From positions 93,862 through 157,861 of the forward strand of contig SCUL01000001.1 in NCBI GenBank assembly GCA_004297205.1: 64,000 nt of DNA, given 5' to 3'. How positions within the stretch are numbered: position 1 is the first letter of the stretch; every line of letters begins with the position of its first letter. This document shows, in pieces, positions 10,084 to 18,412 of this stretch. Below the pieces are notes generated by a model, which was not told where the DNA came from, did no database searches, and saw nothing but the letters and a program-made list of their open reading frames with translations. The position numbers and the translations under genes are program-made. Source of the stretch: Patescibacteria group bacterium. GTDB lineage: Bacteria; Patescibacteriota; Patescibacteriia; 2-12-FULL-57-11.

Positions 10084-10692
10084 CTATTCGTAATTTCGTA
10101 GGACCCGTTTCACCGTGTCCACGATCGCCTGCGTCTGGCGGTCGATTTCCAGATTGACGCGCTCCCCCACTTTCCGCGATCCGAACGTGGTGAGACGCAG
10201 CGTTTCCGGAATCAGATGGACGGTGAAGATCGTATCTACGGGATCGACGACGGTCAGCGAGCAGCCGTCGAGCGCGACGAAGCCCTTGGGCAGGATGTAC
10301 GGCACGAGCGCGGCATCGACGCGGAACGTGATGCTGCGGTTGTTCGGTCGTTCCTCGACCGCGACGATCTGCGCCATGCCGTCGACGTGTCCGGACACGA
10401 TGTGGCCGCCCAGCTCGTCGCCGATTTTATACGACCGTTCGACGTTCACGGTATCGCGCATGGCCAGCGTGCCGATGGTGGTTTTCTTGAGCGTCTCGTC
10501 CATGGCGTCGAACCAGACGTCGCCGCCGTCGAGGTGCGTCACCGTCAGACAGACGCCGGCCACGGCCACGCTCGCCCCGGGCTGGAGTCCAGCATGCAGC
10601 TCGGACGGCAGGGATACGGAAAAGCGACGCAGACCGGATTTCTCCTCGATGTGCGTGATCGGATAGTGGCCTTGGACGATCCCCGTGAACAT
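10084..10692 (-). CDS. ribE: Riboflavin synthase (alpha chain)
   Basis: MFTGIV, GASVAVAGVCLTV, GGHIVSGHVDG, LIPETL. Confidence 0.96.
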   Translation of the reverse strand: MFTGIVQGHYPITHIEEKSGLRRFSVSLPSELHAGLQPGASVAVAGVCLTVTHLDGGDVWFDAMDETLKKTTIGTLAMRDTVNVERSYKIGDELGGHIVSGHVDGMAQIVAVEERPNNRSITFRVDAALVPYILPKGFVALDGCSLTVVDPVDTIFTVHLIPETLRLTTFGSRKVGERVNLEIDRQTQAIVDTVKRVLRNYE

Positions 10693-10693
10693 A

Positions 10694-11050
10694 TCAACCA
10701 AATGCCGCGCGGGCATCTTCCACGTCTTTTTTGATCTGCGCAACCAACGCCGCCTCGTCCGTGAACGTCAGCAGATCGCGGAGTCTTTTGCCGATCGAGA
10801 CGGCGACCGTCTTGCCGTACAGCTCGCCCCTGAAGTCGAGCAGATGCGCCTCGAGCGACGGATGCCCGTTCACGTCGTCCGTCCACATGCCGACCACGGC
10901 CAGCGCCTGGTGGACGGCGGTGCCGACGAGCACATGGGCCAGGAACACGCCGGGTGAAAGCCCCGACGTCTCGTGCGCGATGTTGGCCGTCGGATAGCCG
11001 ATGCGGCGGGCTTCCCCTTTGCCGCGCACCACGACCCCGCGGACGGTCAT
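10694..11050 (-). CDS. Stand-alone riboflavin kinase (RibF C-terminal domain only)
   Basis: GVVVRGKGEARRIGYPTANI, EAHLLDFRGELYG, LVAQIKKD. Confidence 0.9.
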   Translation of the reverse strand: MTVRGVVVRGKGEARRIGYPTANIAHETSGLSPGVFLAHVLVGTAVHQALAVVGMWTDDVNGHPSLEAHLLDFRGELYGKTVAVSIGKRLRDLLTFTDEAALVAQIKKDVEDARAAFG

Positions 11051-11655
11051 ACCTGGGCCGGCGGCTTTTTGTCCCGTGCGTCGTCACGGGACCCCCCGAG
11101 CTCGCGTCTGATGATGCGGACGGCTTTGCGCAGCAGGCCGACCGTGTTCGGATAAATCGGGACGCGGTGGACGCGGTTGAGCGGCACCCAGTCGAGTTTG
11201 TGGATCATCTCCTCTTTCTGCGGCCGGCCGCGGCTGCCCGACGTCGCCTCCAACAAGTAGTAGGTGATGAACTTGTGTACCAGCGCGCCTTTGTGTTCGA
11301 AACGGTCGCGGAACCAGATGTCGGTCGTGCCGAGTTTGGACACCACTTTCAGACCGGCCAGCCCCATCTCCTCTTCCGTTTCGCGGACCGCGGCTTCTTC
11401 CAACGTCTCCCCCTTGGCCATTTTGACGTGGCCCTTGGCGAACGACCATTTGCCGTGCGAATCCAAAATGAAGCCGACGTACGGCCCGTCCGGCCGACGC
11501 TGAAAGACGATCCCGCCCGCGGTGATTTCCACGCGGGCCTGTTCGCCCGGCTTGCGCGCCGGCACCCGCCGGCGGCGCGGCCTAGCGCCCGCTCCGTGCC
11601 GTCCCTGCGGCGATGAGTTCGAGCGCTTTTTCGAGTTGGGGGTCTCGGTCGGCAT
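11047..11655 (-). CDS. NUDIX hydrolase
   Basis: Nudix box KGHVKMAKGETLEEAAVRETEEEMG; start uncertain. Confidence 0.88.
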   Translation of the reverse strand: MPTETPNSKKRSNSSPQGRHGAGARPRRRRVPARKPGEQARVEITAGGIVFQRRPDGPYVGFILDSHGKWSFAKGHVKMAKGETLEEAAVRETEEEMGLAGLKVVSKLGTTDIWFRDRFEHKGALVHKFITYYLLEATSGSRGRPQKEEMIHKLDWVPLNRVHRVPIYPNTVGLLRKAVRIIRRELGGSRDDARDKKPPAQV

Positions 11656-12874
11656 CAATGTCTTCTTTGGTGTATTCAACCTTTTCATCCGGAGCGATAC
11701 CCGTTTCGTTGATGGTCCGTCCCTTGGGCGTCAACCATTCGGCGATGGTCAGCTTGAGCGCGCCGCCGTCGGACAGCTCTTCGTAATCCTGGACGGATCC
11801 CTTGCCGAAGGTCTGTTCGCCCACGAGCGTGGCGAGCTCCGCGTCCTGGAGCGCGCCTGCCACGATTTCCGAGCCGGAAGCGCTGCCGCCGTTGACGAGC
11901 ACGACCGTGGGGAACTCCGCCAGCCGGGCGCGCACCGCCGCGTCAAACGGCTCGTCGTTGCCGTCGCTGCGCCGTTCGATCACGACCGTGCCGCGGCCGA
12001 TCCACTCGCCGGCCACGTCGACTGCGGCGTCCAGGTAACCGCCGGGGTTGTTGCGCAGGTCGAGGATGACGGCGACCGGCTTCTGGCGCGTGAATTCGCG
12101 GATGGCCTTGTCGAAGAGCGGCACCGTCTCCTCGTTGAACTGGCGCATCTCCACATAGGCGACGTTGCGCCCGTCCGTGGTGCGCTTCATCTCCCAGGTC
12201 ACCGATTTCACGACGATGACGTCGCGCACGACCGACACTTCGAACGGTTCACCGCCGTTGTTCTCGCGGAACAGCAGGAGCTTCACGGTCGTCCCTTTCT
12301 CGCCGCGGATAAGGTCCACGGCCTCGTCCACGGTCATGCCGCTCGTGTCCGAGTCGTCGATGCGCAGGATCATGTCGCCGGCTTTGATGCCGGCGCGCGC
12401 CGCCGGCGTGTCGGAGAGCGGGGCGATCACCACGATACGCTCTTCACGCATGCCGATCTCGGCGCCGATACCGCCGAAGGTGCCCTTGAGGTCGTTGGAG
12501 AATTCCTCGGCCGACTCCGGATCGAAGTACACGGAGTACGGATCGCCGAGCGAGGCCACGATGCCCGCCAGCGCGCCGCGGAACAATTCGCCCTCGCTTA
12601 CCGGCTGGTGCACGTACTTGCGGCGGATGTCGTCCCAAATCTTCCAGAACAGGGTGAAGTCGACGTCGTCCGGCAAGCCGCGTCCCTCAGCCAATGCGCG
12701 GCGGGCCGCGACGGCTTCGGATTCGGCACGGTCGGCGCCGCGCTTCTCGCCGACCAGCACGCCGGCCACGAAACCGCCGGTCCCCAGAAGCAGGACCAGA
12801 TAGATCGTGACCAAGCTACGCAATAGCCGCGTCCCCCGTTTTGAGGGCGGGACTCCGGGTTCGTTCATACGCAA
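11582..12874 (-). CDS. ctpA: C-terminal processing peptidase, S41 family, with PDZ domain
   Basis: LGDPYS, FGGIGAEI, LDLRNNPGG, SASGSEIVAGALQD, TFGKGSVQ. Confidence 0.95.
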   Translation of the reverse strand: MRMNEPGVPPSKRGTRLLRSLVTIYLVLLLGTGGFVAGVLVGEKRGADRAESEAVAARRALAEGRGLPDDVDFTLFWKIWDDIRRKYVHQPVSEGELFRGALAGIVASLGDPYSVYFDPESAEEFSNDLKGTFGGIGAEIGMREERIVVIAPLSDTPAARAGIKAGDMILRIDDSDTSGMTVDEAVDLIRGEKGTTVKLLLFRENNGGEPFEVSVVRDVIVVKSVTWEMKRTTDGRNVAYVEMRQFNEETVPLFDKAIREFTRQKPVAVILDLRNNPGGYLDAAVDVAGEWIGRGTVVIERRSDGNDEPFDAAVRARLAEFPTVVLVNGGSASGSEIVAGALQDAELATLVGEQTFGKGSVQDYEELSDGGALKLTIAEWLTPKGRTINETGIAPDEKVEYTKEDIDADRDPQLEKALELIAAGTARSGR

Positions 12875-12974
12875 AAAACGGCAACCGACGAAAAAGAGAT
12901 CGCCCGCAGTGTATCAAAACGGGATCCGCTGGCAAGCCGGGATTCGGGTGAATAACGTTATCCACACCCACCTC

Positions 12975-13020
12975 TTGCGTTCGGTTTCTGTTCGGAAGAT
13001 ACTACGAACAAGAACCGAAC
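12975..13020 (+). promoter_or_regulatory. lexA promoter overlapped by two putative SOS boxes: GTTC-N7-GTTC (12979-12993) and GAAC-N7-GAAC (13006-13020)
   Basis: TTGCGT-17-GATACT; GTTCggtttctGTTC and GAACaagaaccGAAC immediately upstream of the lexA ATG. Confidence 0.8.
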
Positions 13021-13034
13021 ATACCCCCACGCCC

Positions 13035-13643
13035 ATGCTCACCAAAAAACAGAAGGCCATCCTCGACTACATCATCTCCTTCACCCAGGAGAACGACGGG
13101 CCGCCCAGCTACCGGGACATCGCCGACGCGGTGGGGCTCTCCTCCCCTGCCACGGTCCACGAACACGTCGACAACCTCCGTTCCAAGGGCTACCTCGTGA
13201 ACGAAGGCGACGGACGCGCCGCCACGGTCAACCCGACCTTCCTGCGCTTCGGCCGGGCGCTCGAACTGCCGCTGGCCGGCCTCATCACCGCCGGCTCCCC
13301 GATCGAAGCCGTGCAGGACACCAATGAGACCTTCGCCGTGCCGGCCAAGCTCGTGGTCGACGGCGCCAACTCCTACGTCCTCAAAGTCAAAGGACGCTCC
13401 ATGATCGAAGACGGGATCCTCGACGGCGACTACGTGGTCGTGGAGCGCAACCCCTCGCCCAAGAACGGCGACGTGGTGGTGGCCCTGCTCGACAACGCCT
13501 ACGCCACGCTCAAACGCTTCTACCGCGAACCGACCCGCATCCGCCTGCAGCCCGCCAACCGCGAGATGGAACCGATTTATGTGAAAGACGTGATCGTCCA
13601 AGGAGTCGTCCGCGCTGTCATCCGCCAGTTCGCAACGTCATAA
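13035..13643 (+). CDS. lexA: LexA repressor
   Basis: MLTKKQKAILDYI..PPSYRDIA..SPATVHEHV; AG cleavage site (ITAGSPIEA); GRSM and ATLKRF catalytic motifs. Confidence 0.97.
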   Translation: MLTKKQKAILDYIISFTQENDGPPSYRDIADAVGLSSPATVHEHVDNLRSKGYLVNEGDGRAATVNPTFLRFGRALELPLAGLITAGSPIEAVQDTNETFAVPAKLVVDGANSYVLKVKGRSMIEDGILDGDYVVVERNPSPKNGDVVVALLDNAYATLKRFYREPTRIRLQPANREMEPIYVKDVIVQGVVRAVIRQFATS

Positions 13644-13718
13644 CGGCGAACGGCGTCCCGCAGCGGCCGGAGCGGGACCCGTGAGCCGTCAAAATCGTTT
13701 ATTCATCGCCTGTCCCGA

Positions 13719-13738
13719 CCTGCCTACCGGCAGGCAGG
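13719..13738. repeat. Short palindromic element CCTGCCTACCGGCAGGCAGG
   Basis: Near-perfect 20-bp palindrome nested in a CGCCTG...CAGGCG outer stem. Confidence 0.6.
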
Positions 13739-13764
13739 CAGGCGCGTGTTTCCTGCACCCTCAT

Positions 13765-14022
13765 ATGTCACTCGCCCTCACCAACCGCTCCCGCCTCTTC
13801 TGGCCGCCGTTGAAGCGCGCGCTGCACCGCCCGGCCGCCCGCGAATACCGCGTCCATCGCCATGACAGGCGCTTCGAACGCTATTGGCACCGGCTGATGC
13901 GCCGCCACCGCCGTTTCGCCATCCTGCGCCGTCTCCCCTCTCTTCCTGCCGCCGTCCGCCGCGGCATACCCTCCGAATTCGGCGACCAAGGCGCATATCG
14001 GTTGATGCCGAATGCCATCTAG
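13765..14022 (+). CDS. Possible small Arg-rich hypothetical protein (85 aa)
   Basis: ORF MSLALTNRSRLFWPP... co-oriented between lexA and the next gene; no recognisable motif. Confidence 0.4.
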   Translation: MSLALTNRSRLFWPPLKRALHRPAAREYRVHRHDRRFERYWHRLMRRHRRFAILRRLPSLPAAVRRGIPSEFGDQGAYRLMPNAI

Positions 14023-14038
14023 CTTCATTACCCAACGA

Positions 14039-14187
14039 GGCGGGGCGGCTGCGGATCGATGCGCGTCGCATTCCCGCGCCAGCGGGGCCGTCGCAGTTGG
14101 TCGAACATCCGCAACTAGGAATTGCACGGAGTCGGATGCGACCCGACGGCACCTATGCGACGCGCGGAGAGACGCAGCCGCCCCGCC
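14039..14187. other. Structured intergenic element (nested inverted repeats)
   Basis: 15-bp perfect IR 14039-14053/14173-14187 enclosing an 11-bp perfect IR 14061-14071/14155-14165 and short inner hairpins. Confidence 0.6.
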
Positions 14188-14238
14188 GAGCGCCGCTCCA
14201 TGAATCGGAGAGTCGCGCGCGAAAAAAAATCACGCATT

Positions 14239-14490
14239 ATGCAAACCCTGTGTGACGATCCCGTCTCCGTCGTCGTGGCCTTCACCGATGACGGCAAGGT
14301 CCGACCATGGAAAATCCGCTGGGGCAACGCCCTGTACCATGTCCGGCGGGTCAACATGGTCCACGGCAGCCGCGAAGGCCGCACCCGCATCTTCTACTTC
14401 TCCTGCTCAAACGACACCAACGCCTGGAAACTGCGCCTCGACACGGAAACGCTGGAATGGCGGATGGTCGAACATTACGCAGGAGCATGA
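14239..14490 (+). CDS. Small beta-rich protein of the type found beside Y-family polymerases (DUF6504/ImuB-C-like)
   Basis: MQTLCDDPVSVVVAF...RPWKIRWGNALYHVRRV...FYFSC...WKLRLDTETLEW; lies between lexA and dinB. Confidence 0.7.
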   Translation: MQTLCDDPVSVVVAFTDDGKVRPWKIRWGNALYHVRRVNMVHGSREGRTRIFYFSCSNDTNAWKLRLDTETLEWRMVEHYAGA

Positions 14491-14518
14491 TTGGTCGGGT
14501 CCCGGCATGGACCGATCA

Positions 14519-14550
14519 ATAAAAAGAAGCGGTGACACGGGTCACCGCTC
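14519..14550 (-). terminator. Intrinsic terminator of purB
   Basis: AGCGGTGAC-ccgt-GTCACCGCT followed by TCTTTTTATT on the minus strand. Confidence 0.8.
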
Positions 14551-14573
14551 GGCTGCGGCCGACGCGTGGTGCG

Positions 14574-16049
14574 TCAGGTCGCGGGGAGTCGCTTGAAGTC
14601 GTCGCGGACGACGAACTGCTCGTAGATGGCGTCCTCTCCCTCCTGCACCCAGTCTCGCCAGACGAAGCAGGACTCGAAGTCCGGATGGAACTTCTTCGTC
14701 TCGGCGTTCCGGATGTGCGGGACGCCCATCTGGAGGAGCATCTCCGGAAGCGAGGCGTTGATGCCTGCCATCTTCTTCGTCGCCTCCTGGACCGTGCGGT
14801 AGGCCTCCTCGGCAGGCATCCCCCGCTCCTTGAGGAACATCTCCACGCGCTGCGAGGCGATCGCGCCGCGCGTCATCTCCAGATTGGCGGCCATCCGCTG
14901 CGGGAAGACCTCCAACCCGTCGACGATGCCCGCGAAGCGGCGGAGCACGTAGACCAGCAGTCCGAAGGCGTCGGGGAGCGCCATGCGCTCCACCGAGCTG
15001 TGGCAGATGTCACGCTCGTGGCGCGTGTCCACGTTCTCCATGGTCGGCGTCGCCTGAGCGCGGATCTCGCGACACAGTCCCCGGATGTTCTCGAGACCGA
15101 TCGCGTTCCGCTTGTGCGGCATCGCGCTCGACCCCTTCTGATCCGGTGCGAACGGCTCGCAGACCTCCGCGATCTCGGTCCGCGTCAGGTCGTGGAGGTC
15201 GCCGGCGATCTTCTCGATCACCGCGGCGATCTCCGCGCAGGTGTTCACGAACTGCGCCAGCCGGTCGAGCGGCACGATCTGGGTGGCGATCACGGGCGGG
15301 AGCCCGAGGATCTCACCGACCCGCTTCTCGATGCGCGGCTTGAGCGTGGTGAAGAGGCCCACAGCCCCCGCCAGCTTCATGACCTCCGCTTCGAGGCGGG
15401 ACGCCGCGAAACGCGTTCGCGCCCGGAGGATCATGTCCAGATACCACAGGCACTTCACCCCGAAGGTGATGGGCTGGGCGTGCTGAACATGGGTGCGACC
15501 GACCATGAGCGTGCCACGGTGCGCCGACGCCTGCTTCCAGAGAGCCAGCGCGAGCGCCGCCAGGGCGGCGTCGATGATGTCGGCCGTACGGCGCAGGAGA
15601 AGCCCCTTGGCCGGCTCCTGCGTGTCGTACGACGTCATGCCGTCGTGGAACAGCCCGGCCTCCCGGCAGGTCACCTGGTCGAGCTGCGCCTTGAACTCGA
15701 CGTTCCAGGCCTTCTCGATAGCTTTGGGCGCCGCGCCCTCCCCGGTGAGCCGGGCGGCGATCTCATTGCACGCGGCGAGCGCGACCTCGAAGCGGCCGCC
15801 GATCTGCAGGCGCATCACCTCGATGAAGGCGTTGAGATCGTGCCTGATCCACTCGTCTCGGCGCTCCATGACGCCGACGACCACCGGATCAATCCAGGTG
15901 CGACGACGGACGTAGTCCGTCGTCTCGGCCGGGATCTCGTCGAACTCCTCGCGCGCCTGGAGAACAGCGATCTCCGTATCGCGCCAGGCGCCGAACTTGC
16001 TGACGTTCTCCCAAAGCTCCTGCACTTCGGTTTCGTACCGCGGAATCAT
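14574..16049 (-). CDS. purB: Adenylosuccinate lyase
   Basis: MIPRY, RHDLNAF, HDGMTSYD, MVGRTHVQHAQPITFG, GSSAMPHKRN, HERDICHSSVER; SD GGAGGAGG. Confidence 0.95.
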   Translation of the reverse strand: MIPRYETEVQELWENVSKFGAWRDTEIAVLQAREEFDEIPAETTDYVRRRTWIDPVVVGVMERRDEWIRHDLNAFIEVMRLQIGGRFEVALAACNEIAARLTGEGAAPKAIEKAWNVEFKAQLDQVTCREAGLFHDGMTSYDTQEPAKGLLLRRTADIIDAALAALALALWKQASAHRGTLMVGRTHVQHAQPITFGVKCLWYLDMILRARTRFAASRLEAEVMKLAGAVGLFTTLKPRIEKRVGEILGLPPVIATQIVPLDRLAQFVNTCAEIAAVIEKIAGDLHDLTRTEIAEVCEPFAPDQKGSSAMPHKRNAIGLENIRGLCREIRAQATPTMENVDTRHERDICHSSVERMALPDAFGLLVYVLRRFAGIVDGLEVFPQRMAANLEMTRGAIASQRVEMFLKERGMPAEEAYRTVQEATKKMAGINASLPEMLLQMGVPHIRNAETKKFHPDFESCFVWRDWVQEGEDAIYEQFVVRDDFKRLPAT

Positions 16050-16091
16050 GTTGTCCTCCTCCCCTCTTGTGGGGCGCCGCCACCCTACCGA

Positions 16092-16168
16092 AATCACCAT
16101 AAAAAAGAAACGGCCACTCTCACAGGAGAGCAGCCGCGACGGCCTCGATGGCCGCGATGATGCCGAGC
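16092..16168. repeat. 77-bp direct repeat, copy 1 (terminator tail; copy 2 at 16448-16524)
   Basis: 75/77 identical by eye; contains minus-strand stem GCGGCTGCTCTC/GAGAGTGGCCGT plus TTCTTTTTTAT. Confidence 0.92.
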
Positions 16169-16170
16169 GG

Positions 16171-16326
16171 TCAACGACCGAAGACGACGGCGGCCCAGAC
16201 GACCGATGCGACCGCCGCGCCGATCAGGAAGCCGTAGAACAACTGGCTCGTGACGACGTCGCGCGCGTTCTGCTTGAGTTGGTCGCGGGCGATCGCCAGC
16301 ACGTCCCGCCAGGTGAGTCGGAACAT
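16171..16326 (-). CDS. 51-aa single-TM peptide (unit A)
   Basis: TTGACG-17-TAGAAC promoter, SD AGGAGG, MFRLTWRDVLAIARDQLKQNARDVVTSQLFYGFLIGAAVASVVWAAVVFGR. Confidence 0.7.
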   Translation of the reverse strand: MFRLTWRDVLAIARDQLKQNARDVVTSQLFYGFLIGAAVASVVWAAVVFGR

Positions 16327-16384
16327 ATCCGTATTCCTCCTTTCTGTCGCACGGACAGTCCGTTCTACCACAAAACCGCCTCCT

Positions 16385-16445
16385 CGTCAACCATGCGCCG
16401 CTTCATTTTCCACATCGACATGAATTCGTATTTCGCCTCGGTGGC
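16385..16445 (+). repeat. 61-bp exact copy of the dinB 5' end (other copy 17153-17213)
   Basis: CGTCAACCATGCGCCGCTTCATTTTCCACATCGACATGAATTCGTATTTCGCCTCGGTGGC occurs twice. Confidence 0.95.
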
Positions 16446-16447
16446 GG

Positions 16448-16524
16448 AATCACCATAAAAAAGAAACGGCCACTCTCACAGGAGAGCAGCCGCGACGACC
16501 TCGACGGCCGCGATGATGCCGAGC
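16448..16524. repeat. 77-bp direct repeat, copy 2
   Basis: Matches 16092-16168; here it also encodes the C-terminus of the unit B protein. Confidence 0.92.
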
Positions 16525-17093
16525 AGGCCGATCGCCAGCCCTGCGCCGCGCAGACCGCGCGGAGCGAACGCCGCGAGCACCAGGACCCGCAGCAGCATGA
16601 GCGGATAGTCGCTCGGGACCGGTCCCCACCAGTCGGCGTGCCACCAGATGTGCTCCGGGGCGAACCGGCCGAGCCCGTAGTGGGGGTTCCAGACGAACCA
16701 CAGGAAGTCCTCAAGGACCGCCAGCAGGTGCGACCACATCAGCGCCTCGGCCGCCCGGGACCAAGTGATCTTCACCCCGAAACAGAACGGGATGAAGAAC
16801 AGCAGGTTCCAGAGCGCGAAAGCGAAGACGTGGTAGCCGGTCATGGGTTTGCCGCCCATGGCCGCATCCCACAGCCGCGCGTACCACTCGTGTCCTTCCG
16901 GCCGCCAGCAGGGCAGCTCGCCGGCCCAGCCGTGCGCGCCCTCGATCTGGATCTCGAGGCCGGCGACGACCGTGGCCAGCACCGCCACGCAGGCGGCGCG
17001 CAGGATCATCTCGTTGCGGCCCTCGGCGTCCAGCCGGGGAACCAGGCGGTCCCAGACCAGGCTGAGTGCGTCCCGCCAGGTGAATTGGAACAT
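16476..17093 (-). CDS. 205-aa Trp-rich integral membrane protein (unit B)
   Basis: TTGACG-17-TACAAG promoter, SD GAGG; MFQFTWRDAL..., EIQIEGAHGWAGELPCWR, EDFLWFVWNPHYG. Confidence 0.8.
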   Translation of the reverse strand: MFQFTWRDALSLVWDRLVPRLDAEGRNEMILRAACVAVLATVVAGLEIQIEGAHGWAGELPCWRPEGHEWYARLWDAAMGGKPMTGYHVFAFALWNLLFFIPFCFGVKITWSRAAEALMWSHLLAVLEDFLWFVWNPHYGLGRFAPEHIWWHADWWGPVPSDYPLMLLRVLVLAAFAPRGLRGAGLAIGLLGIIAAVEVVAAALL

Positions 17094-17160
17094 GTCCGCT
17101 TCCTCTCTTTCTTTGCGTACGGACCGCGCCTTGTACCACAAAAATGTTTCCCCGTCAACC

Positions 17161-18393
17161 ATGCGCCGCTTCATTTTCCACATCGACATGAATTCGTATT
17201 TCGCCTCGGTGGCCTGCCAGGCGAATCCGTTTTTGCGCGGCAAAGCCTTCGGGGTGGGCGGCAAACCGGGGACGCGCGGCATCATCGCCGCGGCCAGCCG
17301 CGAAGCCAAGAAACGCGGCGTCAAAACCGCGATGAATTCCTACGAAGCACTGCTCATCTGCCCGGAACTGGAAATCATCCACGGCGACCCGCGCATGTAC
17401 AGCGACATCACCAACCGTTTTCTGCGCATCTTCCGCCGCCACACCGAAGAGGTCGAAGTCTTCTCACTCGACGAAGCCTTCCTCGATCTGACCGGCTGGG
17501 TGCGCAACCTGGCCGAGGCCATGGCCGTGGCCTGGAAGATCAAAACGGAGATGCGCGAAGAGCTGGGCGATGAGCTGACCTGCTCGATCGGCATCGCTGA
17601 GAACAAACTGCTGGCGAAACTCGGCAGCGACCTCAAAAAACCGGATGGCATCGTGGTGCTCACTGCGGACGGCGCGCGGCGGCTCTGGCCGCAGCTTCCG
17701 GTAACGGACCTCTGCGGCATCGCCGGACGGCTCGGAGCGCGGCTCAGCGGCCGCTTCGGCGTGGCCACGGCCGGAGACCTGGGCGCCGTGCCGGTCGACA
17801 AATTGATCGACGAGTTCGGCCCGGTCATGGGCTACCACCTGCACCTCATGGGCCGCGGCGAAGATCCGTCTCCCGTCATTTCCACGGTGGCCGCCGCCAA
17901 ATCCTACAGCCACTCCTACACCCTGCCGCGCGACCTGACCGACCGTGACGAGCTGCGCAAGGTGCTGTTCGCGTTGGCGGAAAAAGTCTGCCGCCGGATG
18001 CGCGAAGACGCCGCCTGCGGACGGGTCATCTCGGCCTACGTCCGCTACGGCGACTTCAGCGGCGAGGGCGGCCGGACCACGCTGGCCGCGCCGATCGACG
18101 ATGGACTGGCCTTGTTTCGCGAGGGCTGGCGCATCGTCAAACCGCTCATCGCACGCAAGCCGGTGCGCCTGTTCGGCATCGGACTCGGCGACATACGCCC
18201 GATCCAGCAGCAGGCGTCCCTGTTCGAGAAGGATAACAAACGCCGCCGGGTCGTAGCGGCGGCGGATGCGGCGAACGACAAGTGGGGCGAACGGACCGTG
18301 GAGCCAGCGGCGACGGCCGGCACGGTGCTCAAACGGCACGTCTCAGGGTTCCATCACGCTTTGCCCGTCCACGTACGTCGCAAGGGGTTCTGA
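17161..18393 (+). CDS. dinB: DNA polymerase IV (Y family)
   Basis: FHIDMNSYFASV, AASREAKKRGVK, FSLDEAFLD, SIGIAENKLLAKLGSDLKKPDG. Confidence 0.96.
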   Translation: MRRFIFHIDMNSYFASVACQANPFLRGKAFGVGGKPGTRGIIAAASREAKKRGVKTAMNSYEALLICPELEIIHGDPRMYSDITNRFLRIFRRHTEEVEVFSLDEAFLDLTGWVRNLAEAMAVAWKIKTEMREELGDELTCSIGIAENKLLAKLGSDLKKPDGIVVLTADGARRLWPQLPVTDLCGIAGRLGARLSGRFGVATAGDLGAVPVDKLIDEFGPVMGYHLHLMGRGEDPSPVISTVAAAKSYSHSYTLPRDLTDRDELRKVLFALAEKVCRRMREDAACGRVISAYVRYGDFSGEGGRTTLAAPIDDGLALFREGWRIVKPLIARKPVRLFGIGLGDIRPIQQQASLFEKDNKRRRVVAAADAANDKWGERTVEPAATAGTVLKRHVSGFHHALPVHVRRKGF

Positions 18394-18412
18394 CCCTTTT
18401 TGTTCCTTGTTC

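Noticed and set aside
16393-16458. Second dinB gene
   Set aside because: Only the first ~18 codons are duplicated, followed by a stop at 16456-16458
16092-17213. Diversity-generating retroelement TR/VR pair or IS target-site duplication
   Set aside because: No reverse transcriptase or transposase in the window; repeats are near-identical with only two differences and too long for a TSD
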